DNA of 64,000 nucleotides from Selaginella moellendorffii (Eukaryota; Plantae; Lycopodiophyta). The notes beneath the pieces are model-generated. The model did not search any database and was not told where the DNA came from. It saw only the letters and a list, made by a program, of their open reading frames with translations. The DNA lies in the NCBI RefSeq assembly GCF_000143415.4, contig NW_003314269.1:993246-1057245 (forward strand). The letters are read 5' to 3'. Shown piece after piece: positions 12,227-25,300 of the stretch; position 1 is the first letter of the stretch, and every line of letters begins with the position of its first letter. A program made the translations under genes and the position numbers.

Positions 12227-14805
12227 CTAACTTAATCTGACGCTTCTACTCAAATTTGTGCGGACACCAGTGGATTCCTCTCCATATGGTCCTGCTTCCA
12301 TTCTGATGTCCCGGACTTGTCCTTTTGGTCACCGCCTTTCCATGCGTCATCTGAGGAGCAAGACGAAAACGATGGTGAGCCCTGTGCTAGCATATAATCA
12401 TCTTACCTTGAATTTCTTCCGTAGATTCTTCGAGGCCTTTTTGCGATATGGTGTTCACGATTCTTCTCCATCTGTTGAATGCACAGGGAAAACAAATCAA
12501 ACAATTATGTTAAAGAGGAATGCCATGGCGTTACCTCGGTTTTAATGTGCCTTCTCGTCTCTTGCATGTCAAGTTCTGGTTTGGGAACAGGCTCCCTGCA
12601 CGACAATTATCAAAATTCCAGAGACTGAACAAGGCTATCAGCTTATTTTTTGTACTTGGCGGCCCTGGCGGCATCCTTGGCGAGTTTGATTGCTTTCGCT
12701 TCTTGATAAAACTCATCCTCTCGCTGTGTTTGACCATCATCGTCATCTTCGGATTGTTCAACAGGTGATTCCGCCCGACCAGAGGTCTGGACCTCACGCT
12801 TTCTTCTTCTTTCTCCAATGTGCTCCTTCACAGGCAGGTCGGTATCGCTTGAAATGATCTGCCAAGCCGCGTTTAGTGACAAGGCGTACTCGTTCTAAAC
12901 ACTCACTTTTGGCTTCTTTTGACGTTTTCCAGCTTCAGCAACAACTCGCGATATGGTTTTCGGCTGCGACTCTTGGTCAAGGGCACCCAAATCATCCTCC
13001 AAGTCATCCAGCAGCCCACGGTGCCTGCCATATGAATGTTGATGAAAAAGAAAGGTCTGGTGCTGTAGTCTCACCGTTTCGCCTCACGCCTTTTTCCAGT
13101 TTGGAGTTCTGAAACTCTAGTCTGCTCCAGTAACTGCTCACGTCTAGCTTTTTCTTGTAGTCTTTCCATCTCTCTTAGCATGTTTCTGCTTTCTTCTCCG
13201 ACAAACTGTGGCTGTAAGACAGAATTGTTATATATACGTATTCAGAGATACCTGTTCAGCTGGCTTAGCATTTTGGACGTTGTGCCGCGAATGTTTGGAT
13301 TTATGGTTTCCATTTGCAGTCGCCTTTGACTCCTGCTGAACTAATTCATTACATATATTTTGAAAGCTAATGGTGATAAGAGATTCCTGTACCTTTACTT
13401 CATCCTTAGCGGAATCCTCCTGTTGTGGCAACTTGGAAGTATCTAGTACCATATGTTTATCAATTTGTTGTTGCAGTTTCTTGTCTATTGGACGTACCTG
13501 GTGTTGATCACCATATTTATTTGGAATATCACAAAAATAATGCACAAACTCACCTTGTCAAGCAACGTCCGAATTTCAACCAGCTTTGCAATCACTGGAT
13601 GATCACAGACTGATCGCCCTTCTGCTTTGAGAAGCAGATAAAAAACGATAGTTCGGCAGTAACTCAAAAGAAGCATATGCTTCATTTCCATGTAGTTTTT
13701 GCCCTCTCTAGTTGCGAAGTTCCCGTCCTCCAACTGTTAACAATAGAGAAATGTAAGTGTTACGAAGCCACTGCTAAGACGTATTTACCTTCTTTAAGAG
13801 GGTTGCACTTTATGTTCCAGCTCGTGCAGCGCCTCCTTTAATTCAGTTAGAAGGCCAACAAGCTCTGGAGCATTACTGTAAACAACGTGAGAATTAACTG
13901 ACGAACTTGATTTGAGAAGATCGCCTCACCTCATTACAACTTGCAACTTTTCATCCTTGGAAAGAGAGTCAAAATCTTTCTTTACTTTCTCAATGGGTAC
14001 ATCTGATGTTTTGTCTTTGACCTTGTCTTTGACCAACTGATCACTTCGCTCTACGAGTTTCTGTGAATATCATTCGAGGTCAATATGTAATATAATCAAA
14101 ACTGTCTTGTACCTCCAAGGTATCAGTTTCTTCAGGTATGTCTTCATCAGAAACCTGGTCAAAATCTTCCGGTCGATGGCTTTCTGCTATTTTTTGTTGT
14201 ATTCGTCGAGCTTCATCTTCTTCCAGTGCAGGCAATTCATCGTCACTTGATTGTATCTGATAAAAATTTCTCAATACGTACAGTTGACAAAGAGAAGAAA
14301 CCTCACCTCGTAATCGATGTTATCAGCTCGGTAGTAGTCTCTTTTGCGTTTACCCCAGTCTGCCTTCTCTTTCTCATCTTCATCTTCTATGATTCCTGTT
14401 TTCTGCCTCAAGTATTTTGCCTGTTTTTCAACTGGAAAAATAATAAACAGTTAGTGTATCGTGACTATAAGGACATAGTCGGAGTTACTTTTGGCAGCCA
14501 TGTCATCGAGTTCCTCTTCTCCCATGTCTTCGTCCTCCTGTAACAGACGTTGCATATTATAACTTCAGAAATACCAAGCAGCCGTGTTACCTCATCTTCA
14601 CTTTCTTCCCCCTGTAGAAAATGAAAACAAACTCTTGTTTTAGACAGCAGAAGAACGAAAATTGACTATCACACCTTCAGATAAAAAACTGGATTTAATT
14701 CTTCGTCATCCCCAGAGTCTGTTGAAGATCATTAGCTAAATGAATGTATGCGCAGGAACTGAGTACCTGTTGGCTCCAGTGATAGTTTGTCCCGGTTCTT
14801 ATGAA
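12227..14805 (-). pseudogene. SAS10: SAS10/UTP3 (SSU processome subunit) gene, 5'-truncated and frameshifted
   Basis: Exons encode FHKNRDKLSLE, RADNIDY, LEEDEARRIQQK, the Sas10/Utp3/C1D domain (NYMEMKHMLLLSYCRTIVFYLLLKAEGRSVCDHPVIAKLVEIRTLLDK) and the Sas10 C-terminus (MEKNR..TPYRKKASKNLRKKFK; GQVRDIRMEAGPYGEESTGVRTNLSRSVRLS*). Small deletions shift the frame near 12475 and 12322. No first exon is found upstream of the acceptor at ~14806, where TE-like DNA begins. Confidence 0.88.
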
Positions 14806-14809
14806 CTGC

Positions 14810-17160
14810 AAGCTCAAAAATCAGTTAAAATCCAACAGAAAAGTCCCTCAACAACTCTCTAACCCAAACAGAGACTCAACTCCTTTAGATTCCCTCCAAA
14901 CACAATAGATTCTCAAGCTCATTTTAAGGCCATTGCACTAAGATGGCTACGAATTGCACTAGATCAGAATGCAATGGAAGATTTAGCACTAATACAATCT
15001 TGTGACACACTTAAGGCAAAAGAAACCCGCAAATTCCACCCTTAAACAAATAATCAACTCGAAAATTTTCTTCTCAAATACAATAACTTCACTCCAAAGT
15101 CAAACTTCAAACTTTATACAGAACTTCAAAGATGGGATTCAAGCCTAGTGAGTCAACTAAATACATCAACTACTCATCCAAGGCCAAGATTCTTCCCTGC
15201 TCCACACTCAAATTGAAACTGAAACTAAAACTAAAAAAGGATATAAGTCCCACTAAAAAAAAAACCTTTCAAAGTTTTGAGGATGGAGTCCTTAACTCAC
15301 ATTCTTTTATATTGCCTCTGCTTAAATACTCATTAACCTGTTAAAAATTAATTAATTTTTTAACCTTTTCTCACACTTATTTTTATTCATAATACAATTG
15401 TATTGTCCTACCCCCAAGATTGTAAGGTTTTCTTACAATTTTACACTTTTTTTGTTGTTGATGTGAGATCTCATAGTTGATGTAAATATCCCACTAATTC
15501 GTTTATGAACTTTGAGAAATTTTTTCTTCTTCTTGGACATTTTTTATTATTGCGAAAGTTTTCGTAGATTATTGACATTCATAGTTAATTTGATGATGGT
15601 TGCATGACATATTACACCTTTAAATTAAGATGTTAATTTGGGCACTCTCTCTTTAAGATAAATATGAAATTTGTCTAAGTACCTGATTATTCTCTCTCTA
15701 CACAAAGTTAATAAGTCCTAAAACTAAGTTTTAGTGCATGCTAGCCCCAAGAGTTAATTTTTTCGAGGAGGGGGCCTGGGGTTTGTGCCCTCATGTACTT
15801 AAATAATATGGAGAAAGCAAGTATGAGAATGTCTAAGTTAGAGACTGAGCCTAGCCTGGCCACTAATTTCAGCTGTCTTGGACTGGACTCGCTCTTCTCA
15901 AGGCCTTGTGCCTCTACTCTCCTGAAGCACGCTAGTGCTCATATGTGGGCTAAGTCTCACTACTTGGGTGGAGACTCGTGCTCCTCCCTAGCTAGTGGAG
16001 TCTTCAACTTGACAATGTCATAATTCACTGTTGTGGATGAGTCTAAGGCTCATTTAAACTAAGTTCGGGCTAAGTTAGAACTCTCAACGGTGTTATCATG
16101 GACATGTGATTGCTGAGCAATCGAGTGAGATGAAAGAGTCATGGTTGACTAGTCTTACTAGTGTTGATGAAATGAGAGCTTGTAGCTCTTAACCAAATGG
16201 GAAGTTTGGAGACTAAGTTCCTACTCGAGATGACTCAATGATCGATAAGGGTGAAGACTAACTCAGAACTTGAAGGGTCAAAACATATCTTCCAGAGACT
16301 AAAGGAACTAAGAGTGATTAAGGTACTACCTTGACCAATGTGGTCGCAGAAGTCAAAAGGTGTAATGTGCATAAGCACACTACGAGTTAGACTTAGTGAA
16401 AGCGAAGTCTAGAATATGTGAACTTGAACTCAAAAGTTGAAAATGAAGAGTCTAATGAGAAAGATATTGAATGGCGATGACAAGTTCGTCTTGTCATGAG
16501 GACAACGTGAGCGTGTGGCTCAGGCCTTCAAGCTTAGTGTGAGTCTCATGCTCGCAGGTGGATGATAAAGCAGTGACTTTTTGGGTTTGTCCTCACTACG
16601 GTTCTAACTTAGTATGTGTTGTGATTGTGATGACTAAGATGACCCTAGGTGAGTTGTACCTTAAGGTGAACACAAAAGTCACCTTACCTCATCGTGACCC
16701 TTTAACCCTCAGATGTTGCAGAAGTGTGTAAGGTAGAAATAGGGAGACTGCTAGGCCCTTGATGTACCTTAGTGCACAAAACACCTTGAAGTGAGGAGGG
16801 TACAAGGCCTCTTAATTTAAGTATGCCTTTGACAATTGGAGTTCACTAGTTGGGATGGTACAACTACTTGGAATGATCATCCTAGTCTATGCTGGATGCA
16901 CATGTGACGAGGGTGGGGTCTATGGGTTCAAGTCCAAGACTCTAGTGCTTGAAGTGGTGAGGGTTGGGACTGGGTAATTGGTCCCTAACCCTTGTGTGAT
17001 TCAAAAGTTGGAGGTGAACTGGACTTGAAGCAAAGGTGAAGTTGGTGTTGTGCACAATACACGTGATGAATGGATGCTAAATTGAAAAAGCTTGATAGGG
17101 TGAAATATAACTTAAAATATTTTTTAAAAAAGAAATGTGTGTAATATAACATCCCAACAG
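14810..17160. mobile_element. Highly degenerate retroelement-like DNA
   Basis: CpG-depleted, stop-riddled, no intact ORFs; begins where the SAS10 first intron should be. Family not resolvable by eye. Confidence 0.35.
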
Positions 17161-17499
17161 CTTAAATTCACTTAGATTCATCATTTGTATTTATTCTGCA
17201 TCCTTGCTCTCATCTTTTGTTCATAAATTCTCTTTTTAAAATTTATTTAAATTATTTAAAAAATATTTTTAACAACTTTTTTTAAAGAATTGTTTAGTAT
17301 TTTCTTACATTCATTTGGGTTTTTCACTAATTTTCAATTTGAAAAAAAAATTCATTCTCAAAATTGGTATATATGATCTTTTCTTAGATTTTTTATTCTT
17401 TTCAAATTTCATATCCATGCTTTGTTATTTTTATTCTCACATTCTGAAATATTTCTACTCAAAAAATTAATATTTTTAATATTTTTTTTTGTTAAACTT

Positions 17500-17890
17500 T
17501 TTTTTCTAAGATTTCCCCTTATGAAATCCTCATCCATCTTTAATAGTACTATTGATCTTTTCTTCATTCGAGATTATCCTAAGAAATCTTAAGCTACTTT
17601 TCATGGTGTTACTTTATTATTTTTAAGATATCCTTATGGAACCTTAATCTTCTTGTTTTAAAAGATGATGCCCTATCATTTTCAAAATTCCCCTATGAAA
17701 ATTCACAGTTTTTTATTTAACAAAAGTTCTATTAGTCCTTGCTTTTTCTGAGATTCTTTTATAAAATCTTTGATTTTCTTTCGTTAATGGTGTTAACTTT
17801 GTTATTTTGAATTTTTTTTGGGAAATCCTCATTTTCTTTTTTTTGCAAAAGTTCTATTAGCCTTTGCTTTTTTTGAGATTTCTTTATATT
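17500..17890. repeat. Degenerate AT-rich tandem repeat (~63/125-bp period)
   Basis: CAAAAGTTCTATTAG..TTGCTTTTT.TGAGATT at ~17721 and ~17846; recurring (G)AAATCCTCAT/AAATCTT sub-units. Confidence 0.45.
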
Positions 17891-18249
17891 TACATATTCC
17901 AAAGTTTTAAAATCTTATTAAAAATACTTGGTGCATTTTTATATTCTTTCAAGTTGATTGAAATGTCTTTCTTAATCAGAAAAGATACTTTCTTTGAATT
18001 GTTATTTGTTGTTTCATTTGCAAAAAGAATTTATTAAGCTTTTTCTTTTATCTTTAGGTTTTATATTATTTTTGATGATGATACTCTTTTTTTCTGCATT
18101 CCTGTCAAGTCTCCTAGAATTTTTTTTAATTCTTTTTTATTTGTTGTTTTTTTTAAATTTTTTTTAAATTTTTTTTTACTTATTTTTCCTTTTTCTTATT
18201 TATTTTTTTTATCATGACCTTTAAGTACTTATATTTTACATCAAACTAC

Positions 18250-18693
18250 TTCAGATGTGATTTGAAATGTCTATATATTTCTTTGGATCCTTTGAATTTT
18301 CATATGTATTATGGCTTCTTCATGTACACACTTAAAAAACTCTAGATTGAAGTAGCACAAAGTGCTTGTGGATGCCTGTCCTACACTAAGGGTGTGTAAA
18401 ACAAAGGTAATATCTAATATATATCAAGGGGCTTTGTTGTGTTTCAAGGCTCCCAAGTTGGAAGATTTTGATTTAGAATCTTCTAATTGAGTGTTTCAGC
18501 AGTAGTGTATGTATACCCTATCCCAAGTAGCACTGGAAGGATATGATCATGTTAAAAGGTAGTGAAGTTGAGTTAGTTGCAACATTGCAAGTTACTTCAT
18601 GTGAATATGAATCTTGATATGGAGGAGCTGCTGTTGGGCTGCCCACTACTTAAGAAATCTAATATTTTCCTGAAAGCCAAAGCAGAATTCCAG
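18250..18693 (+). pseudogene. Degenerate F-box/LRR-type gene fragment, interrupted by the LTR element and continuing at 40698-40740
   Basis: 18350-18470 is similar to 41495-41620 in the F-box pseudogene. Removing 18694-40697 and one TSD copy restores ...NIFLKAKAEFQVLGCDPDDPSSD*. Confidence 0.6.
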
Positions 18694-19689
18694 TGTAAGT
18701 GACTAATTTTTCCATTCTACTTTAGTCACTTAACCACACTTCCGACCACTTAGAGGAGTCTCACTCACAACCTCCATATGTCCTATTTTAGACTTGGGCT
18801 TGCTAGCCCCAAGAATGGCATCCTCGCCACTCAACGTTTGCACTTGGTCCAAGTGCTCCACATGTCCGATCCCATGAATGACATCCCAAGGTACCACTGA
18901 CATATCGGCCCGTTATGCTAAGGCCATGCCCATTCACCTTGGTCACATCGGTGGTCTGACACCACTTACATCATAGTCCCGTCTCCCAAAGACTGGGCCA
19001 TCCGTCCATGAATGATCATCCCAGATCCACTCCTTAGCATACTTAGGATGCCCATAGACATGGGGAATAGCCTTCCCCAATATCCCCTGCCCATGGCCGT
19101 GTTCGCCAACACTGCTATTGGACCAAGGCCCACAGGCCCGTCCACTAAGTCCCATGGTTCTCTGGGACTTCCTCCTCACATGACTGTATCCTTGGTTTCT
19201 ACACTATAGGACGACTCCTCTTCCTTTTCACAGTCTGGGACTTTGGGGCAACATTTCGGAACACCACGGCCTTACGCGAGCCTTGTGGGTACTCTCCCCG
19301 CCTTCCGCCTTTGGGTGCTCTAGCCATGGGCTTAGAGCGAGGTTCCGTTGAGCCACGCCTAGTATCCAAGTAGGCAGTGCCACCCACACTTGGACTAGGA
19401 GCATCGGCCAGTCGATCTCCTGGGGGAACTAGAGCCAGCTCTTGAACACTTCATCAAGCTACCCTGTTTGTCAGTCCGTGTTCACTCTAATCTTGGACTT
19501 CTCAGTGGGCAACTCATCACCCAACACTGGGTACAGCCTTCCTGGGCCAAACTGGCCTTTCCTGGCCAAACTGGCTCCATTGCAGTCCTCCCCCTTACTA
19601 TACTTTTGGAGCTCACCAAACCCCCTAGGGTTTGGGAGACGAACGCTGGGGGGTTTGGTGAGACGAACGCTTTGGGCTTTCACCCTCTT

Positions 19690-20345
19690 AGACTCGAACT
19701 CGGACTCGGACTCGGCCTCGGTCTAGTCTCGACCTCGGACTCCATCTCGGGCTCTATCTCGGATCCATCTCGGTGTAAGCTCCTGAGTTTGGACTTCCCG
19801 AGAGGTCACCTAGCCCAATACTATTCAAACCCAAGGACGCTTAACCCTAAATATCCCAAGACCCTTAACCGATTGAAAAAGGGGGTGCACTCCTGTTCAT
19901 GGGCCCTTTCCTTCTATATTTGAACCTTTATGGATCGCTTCTCGAGTCGTTCTCTTTGGTTGCTTACACTTGGACTCCATCTCAGATTCCATCTCGGGTC
20001 CTTCTCGGACTCGATCTCGAATTCCATCTCGGGTCCATCTCGGACTCCGTCTCGGTCCATCTCGGACTCCACTTCGGACTCCTCTTCGGACTCCAACTCG
20101 GGTCCATCTCGGACTCCACTTCGGACTCCACTTCGGACTCCACTTCGGACTCCAACTCGGGTCCATCTCGGACTCCACTTTGGACTCCACTTCGGACTCC
20201 TCTTTGGACTCCAACTCGGGTCCATCTCGGACTCCACTTCGGACTCCAACTCGGGTCCATCTCGGCCTCCACTTCGGACTTCGTCTCAATCCATCTCGGA
20301 CTCCACTTTGGACTCCACTTCGAACTCCAACTCAGGTCCATCTCG
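19690..20345. repeat. LTR-internal minisatellite of 6/12-bp units (GGACTC, GGACTCCATCTC, GGACTCCACTTC, GGGTCCATCTC)
   Basis: Directly visible. The equivalent array differs in length at ~37035-37565, ~39895-40465 and ~58450-58600. Confidence 0.9.
19774..19968 (-). mobile_element. Cassandra TRIM solo LTR
   Basis: TGTAAGCTCC...GGTTGCTTACA with the 5S-derived core; flanks CTCGG / CTTGG (TSD with one C>T change). Confidence 0.88.
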
Positions 20346-22343
20346 AACACTTCCATGTGTCATGTGTTGGTCCTTTTTGGGTCCCTTTTTGGAGCCTCGC
20401 TTATTGCTCGCTTCGTGCTCGTTCATCGAGCACTTTGTTGGGAGTTCCACTCCCGCTCTGGACCTTTCAAGTCGGAGCTTTTGGTCCAAACGTGTTACAC
20501 TCGTTTGGCTTTCGCTTTGGCCACTGCCACATGGCACCCTTCCGGCTCCACTTTGGGGTGTAGGGATTTTGTGTCTCACAACTCCACCACCCCTAGACGA
20601 AGTTCGATGTCCTCATTGAACGGTAAACCATTGTTATAAAGTAACACCAACATGTATTACCCTTTCAATCTTTAGCACCTAGCCAATATTCGTCAATGGT
20701 ATGACACCAAAGGCTCACCATGCCTTGTCCATCCTCTAAGGGGTATAGCCTCTCCAACTTAGAGGCTCATTCGACCACTTGTGGTGGTTCTCTCCTTTTA
20801 TTGGTTTAGTTCTCACTAAACGTGTTAGAGACAACTTCTCTAACTCAATCTCACTACTCATTCTCGAGTGGTCTCACTTTCGATCGATATAACCCTTGCA
20901 CTTTGGAACTTTTAACTCTGACTTCTCGAAGTTAATTTCCCTAGTGTCTCCAACACTTCGCATTGCACATATTGTGCAACTCCAATTCCCCATCCTAGGA
21001 AGTTCTCTACTTGAGGGCAACATCATCCTATCTTCGATTTCATACCACATTTGGCACTAAGTTCTAGTTATCATAATTTGTACTAGGGCTGTCCACGGCC
21101 TTATCATTTGGCTTCCTTACCGCTCCCACCCTTGGAACTTCCACTTTCGCCACATTGGAGCAATTGGGAATCCATCCTTGGGAACACATTGCCTTTCCCA
21201 CAATCCATTAGCACCCAACACCTTAGTGTTCTTGGCCTAACTTTGCCATTTGGATTCTTTCCCATGATTCCCATAGCTCTTTACTTAGCCACTAGTATTT
21301 TGCTCTTATCCTTGATTGTTGCACCCAGCAACATAGGATCGCTACCTCCATTTCCGAGGTATCTTTTCGGTTCCATAGTAAAGACTTTCCTTTGCCAAGT
21401 CCGGAGGGTGTTCACCCTTAGTACATCTCTTTAGCATCTTTTGCTGTGGGCTCTATCTACGGCCCAACTTTGTGACCTTCCCATGGGTCTCTTATAAAGA
21501 CTACTTTCCTTGGACTCATTATGCCATCACATTGACATATCTCATTTCCCTTAGGTGTCCTTCTCACTTAATCACCTTGACCAAGCCACACCATTATCAA
21601 TAGTTCCAATTAACATTTTGAACTTGGAATTTTATCCCTTAACCTCACAAGGACCTTGTCTTTGTTTTGGCCATAAGATCCCCTAGTGATCTAACCTTGG
21701 CACATTAACAGGTTTGCCAATAGGTATTAGGTCTTCTAGACCTTTAAGTTGTTGACCATGACCCCGAGGGCATCCCCCACACTTGGCGGTGCACCCAAGC
21801 CAACCCTTCCAACTAAGGGTCCATAACAACTGAGACTGGGTGTCCCCATCTCATTCACCACGTCCTTGGTGCCACTTGCATCAAAGTGTTAAAGTTAGAT
21901 AAAGCTCTATTTCGTTAAAGTGGGAATTGTCATTATCCCACTTGTAAAATAAGGTTTCCAAACCTTTATATAGTATATAAATATAACAAAATTCAACTGC
22001 ATTGAGGCACATACCATTTTATTTTAAACAAGGAAATGTCTACTCAATCACTTCTCCTCCCCCTGCCACTGCTTCACCTCTCTCTTCTCCTTATCATCGT
22101 CGTCCAATTTCTTTCCATCCTTTTAATATTGGCTCAGTTGCTTCGAGTCTAGGTGGAGCCCAAGTCCCCATTCAATCTTTACTTTCCCCTTATTAATAAA
22201 ACAACTTCGTAGACTTCCAATAACATGTTGTAACACTTCTAGTATAATGCAAATCCTCTCAAAGAATTGTCTTTTAATATTAATACAATGGCATGGAACC
22301 CCATGCCATAATAAGTTACATTTTTAAATAAATACATGCCATC

Positions 22344-25300
22344 TCAGACTGTTATTTTTTGCCTCCAACGCCTATACAATAATCTTGGAATTTCATCACT
22401 CTCCACACTGTCAGGATTTAAACCTAATAGTAATGCCATCTCTTCTCTAATACGTCCACGCTCATGTTCAGTGGTCGAAGAACCCATCCGGTTGAGCAGA
22501 TTATGGAGATGCAGATAGTGCTTGGCTAGACAATATACATGCCATAAATGATGACTGGTGTCTGTCCGATCAAATGGCTTCTGATATACCGTTCCATCTG
22601 CCATTTGGTTGATTTCTACAGCCACCTCCTGGACTGGCCGGTTCTCTATCACCATCGCTCCAAGCCGTTTTGCAAGGTCCCCCAGAACATATGGTTTCTT
22701 CTCCCTAGTTTCCATACTACAAGAGATGGGGTGCATTGCATATGTGTGCGTGTTCGCTGCAGTTTTAATCGGCAAGTCATCGATGATGAGGATTTCACTT
22801 GACCTAGCAGTCCAGTTCATCACTACAGCCTCTGGCTTGACGAAGATGGGCTTGCTACCCCTCACATGGACCATAGTCAAGCAATCCTCCTGCGTTAGGA
22901 GAAAGTCAAATGGTAATATTACTCGCGTCTGATCGTGCATCATCTGTAGCAACGTTAATGCATTGTGGCGCATCATGGATGTCCAAACTCCCAATTGCAA
23001 ATTGAACCCGGCCCTCTGTTTTAAGTGTCGCATGGTCATTATTAGATCCCGCAGTTTCTCCTGTGTGATTAATGTGAATCTGTCTTTTTTGACCAACTTG
23101 CGACCGCAGGCTTTGGAGGGTGCAGTGACATTCGAGGACGAGCCACGCTTATGGGAGAAAAGGACACTGTTCAGATCAAAAACGATGCAGTACCTTTGCC
23201 GTGACTCTGAAATGAAATGCGTCAGCATAAAAAATGGTACAAGTCAATTTTACCATCTACAATATTAGCGAATGGTGCTCCCGATGGTCGTTGAGAGGGT
23301 TTTGGTCGAGGAAACGTGAAGGGCGGAAATACTCTCCTCTGCAATGTGGGGTCAATCGCATCCGATGGCGTGTGGGCACATGCCATTTCAGCTGTAGACT
23401 CTGGTACAACTGGCTCAACAGTGGCATGGGGTGGTTCCGATGGCGTGTGATCACACGCCATTTCAGCTGGTGCCTCCGTTGGCAAAGTGGACATGACCGA
23501 ACAGGCAGCAGGGGCGGTGTAGGGAGGTTCCAACGGTGCGTAGTCAAACGATTGGGCACACGTTGAGTCCGTTGGAAATGAGGATACGACCAGCTCGGCG
23601 GCTGGGGCGGCCTCATGCGGGTCCAATGGCACCTGGTCACCGTCAGTTGGATATGTGGACAAGATTGACTCAGTGGTATGGGCAGCATCAAGTGGAGCGT
23701 GGTCAGCTTGCTTGGCGTTGATATGGATAGTAGCCTCCACCAGCTCTGATGACTCTTGCAGGCAAGTAGAGTCCACTGGCGGATCCATATGCATGTCCAA
23801 ATATCTCCCTTTGATTGAGATGGTATCCTCCCTACTGGCTACTAAAAACAAACTCATTAGCACATTGAATCGACTATACTGTATTTACCATCAACTGCTA
23901 TTGAGGAACTAGGACCGATATCACTTGGGCGCACTGCTGATTCTGAAGGATTGGACATACGTTTCGACCCTTGCTTGGCACTATCCTTCCTCGACACTAA
24001 AGGCTAGAGTTTGTATCTTAATTCAACTGAATAATCTCTACTTACCATTTGCTCTGCGACCTACATGGACAATGTTAGAAATGGTAAAAGGTTAGGAATG
24101 GATGTACTATTATTTACCTGATGGTTTGTCTTGTATGACCTTCCTCCGCTGCTCTTTGGCCACCTCAGGCTGGCCATCGTCGTCATCATTGTCGTCGTCG
24201 TTATTGTGATCGTCACCATTGTGAGGGCCATCCAAGTCCTCTTCGTCCTCCTTTTCTTCGTCCTCCTCTTCTTTGTCCTCCTCTTCTTTGTCCTCCTCTT
24301 CATCCTTCTGCTCTTCCTGCTCATTATCTTTCTCTGGCTCCTCATCCCCCTCCTGCATTTCTTCCATAGGCTGCTTAGGCTGGATGGCTTGTTCTTCCAG
24401 GACCATCTTGGGAAAATCATCTGGCCGAGTCTCCATCTCAAAATACAAGACATCCATAGCCTATTTTAGTGCGTGACCTAGGACCGTATCCTCACCTGAT
24501 TGTCTTAACATGGTTTCTGCACGTTCTTGCACCCTTCGAAGACGACGAGATGAGAAAAACGTGGCCCTGACTTGAAAAGCATCCCTCATCCATTGTACCT
24601 CTCCATTGAGATTGGGGAAGGGGAGTCTGCCATAGGAATCTGAGTCAGGAGGTGGTGACTGGCTGCTTTCACTCAGCCCTTGATCTGCAATGAATGGCAT
24701 GAGCACACACACCATAACCGCGAGGCATTACCTATCATCTTTTCGTTGCCCTTCTTCCTTTTCGAATCAAACGCCTCTGATCCCGACGACTGTCCAACGT
24801 GCTTTCGCTTTTTATGACCACTGTCAGTTTGAGCTTGGTTGGTGCTTGCCTGTTTTGCCTTTGAAGAAGTGTCTCCTACAAGGAATGGCATGAGACCACA
24901 CGCCATTGCAAATATAATTTGTACCTCCTTTTTTCCTATTGCTTGTCTGTTTGTCCTTCTTCGACGCGCCACCAGTGCGCTTTTCAGTCCTCGTGTCTAA
25001 ATATTCACAACGATCTATAATCAAAATGGCGTGAGGCCTCACGTGACCTTACCTTGTGCAGGTTGTGAGCTCGGCCCAACATGGGTATCTTCAACAGTAG
25101 CTGTTAACGCCGTTTCAACATCTGGGGGTGGCCACGCTCCTGCATACAAAGCTTGTGAGATAACATTTAAACTTAAAGTGCGTACTCACCAAGTTCGCAG
25201 AGAAGATACTGTTTTTCTTTGGCAACTGTAATTATATGCTCCATTGAAGTCACCTCTTCAATGGAGTTTGTCACCGCAACACACGGGACACCCTTAAGTA

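Larger units (their letters stand above)
18694..20580 (-). repeat. 3' LTR (family A) containing a Cassandra solo LTR and a GGACTC-based VNTR
   Basis: Begins TGTAAGTGACTAATTTTTCC, ends GATTTTGTGTCTCACA; colinear with 38896-40697. Confidence 0.92.

Noticed and set aside
19897-20639. Long ORFs with SDS/RTP/LGL/WSPR repeats (also 36818-37682, 39780-40778, 58246-58824)
   Set aside because: They are translations of the LTR minisatellite and open in several frames on both strands.
24110-24469. Hydrophobic 'membrane protein' and Lys/Arg-rich ORFs (also 43972-44365)
   Set aside because: Alternative frames and strand of the Glu/Asp-rich exon of the cargo gene.
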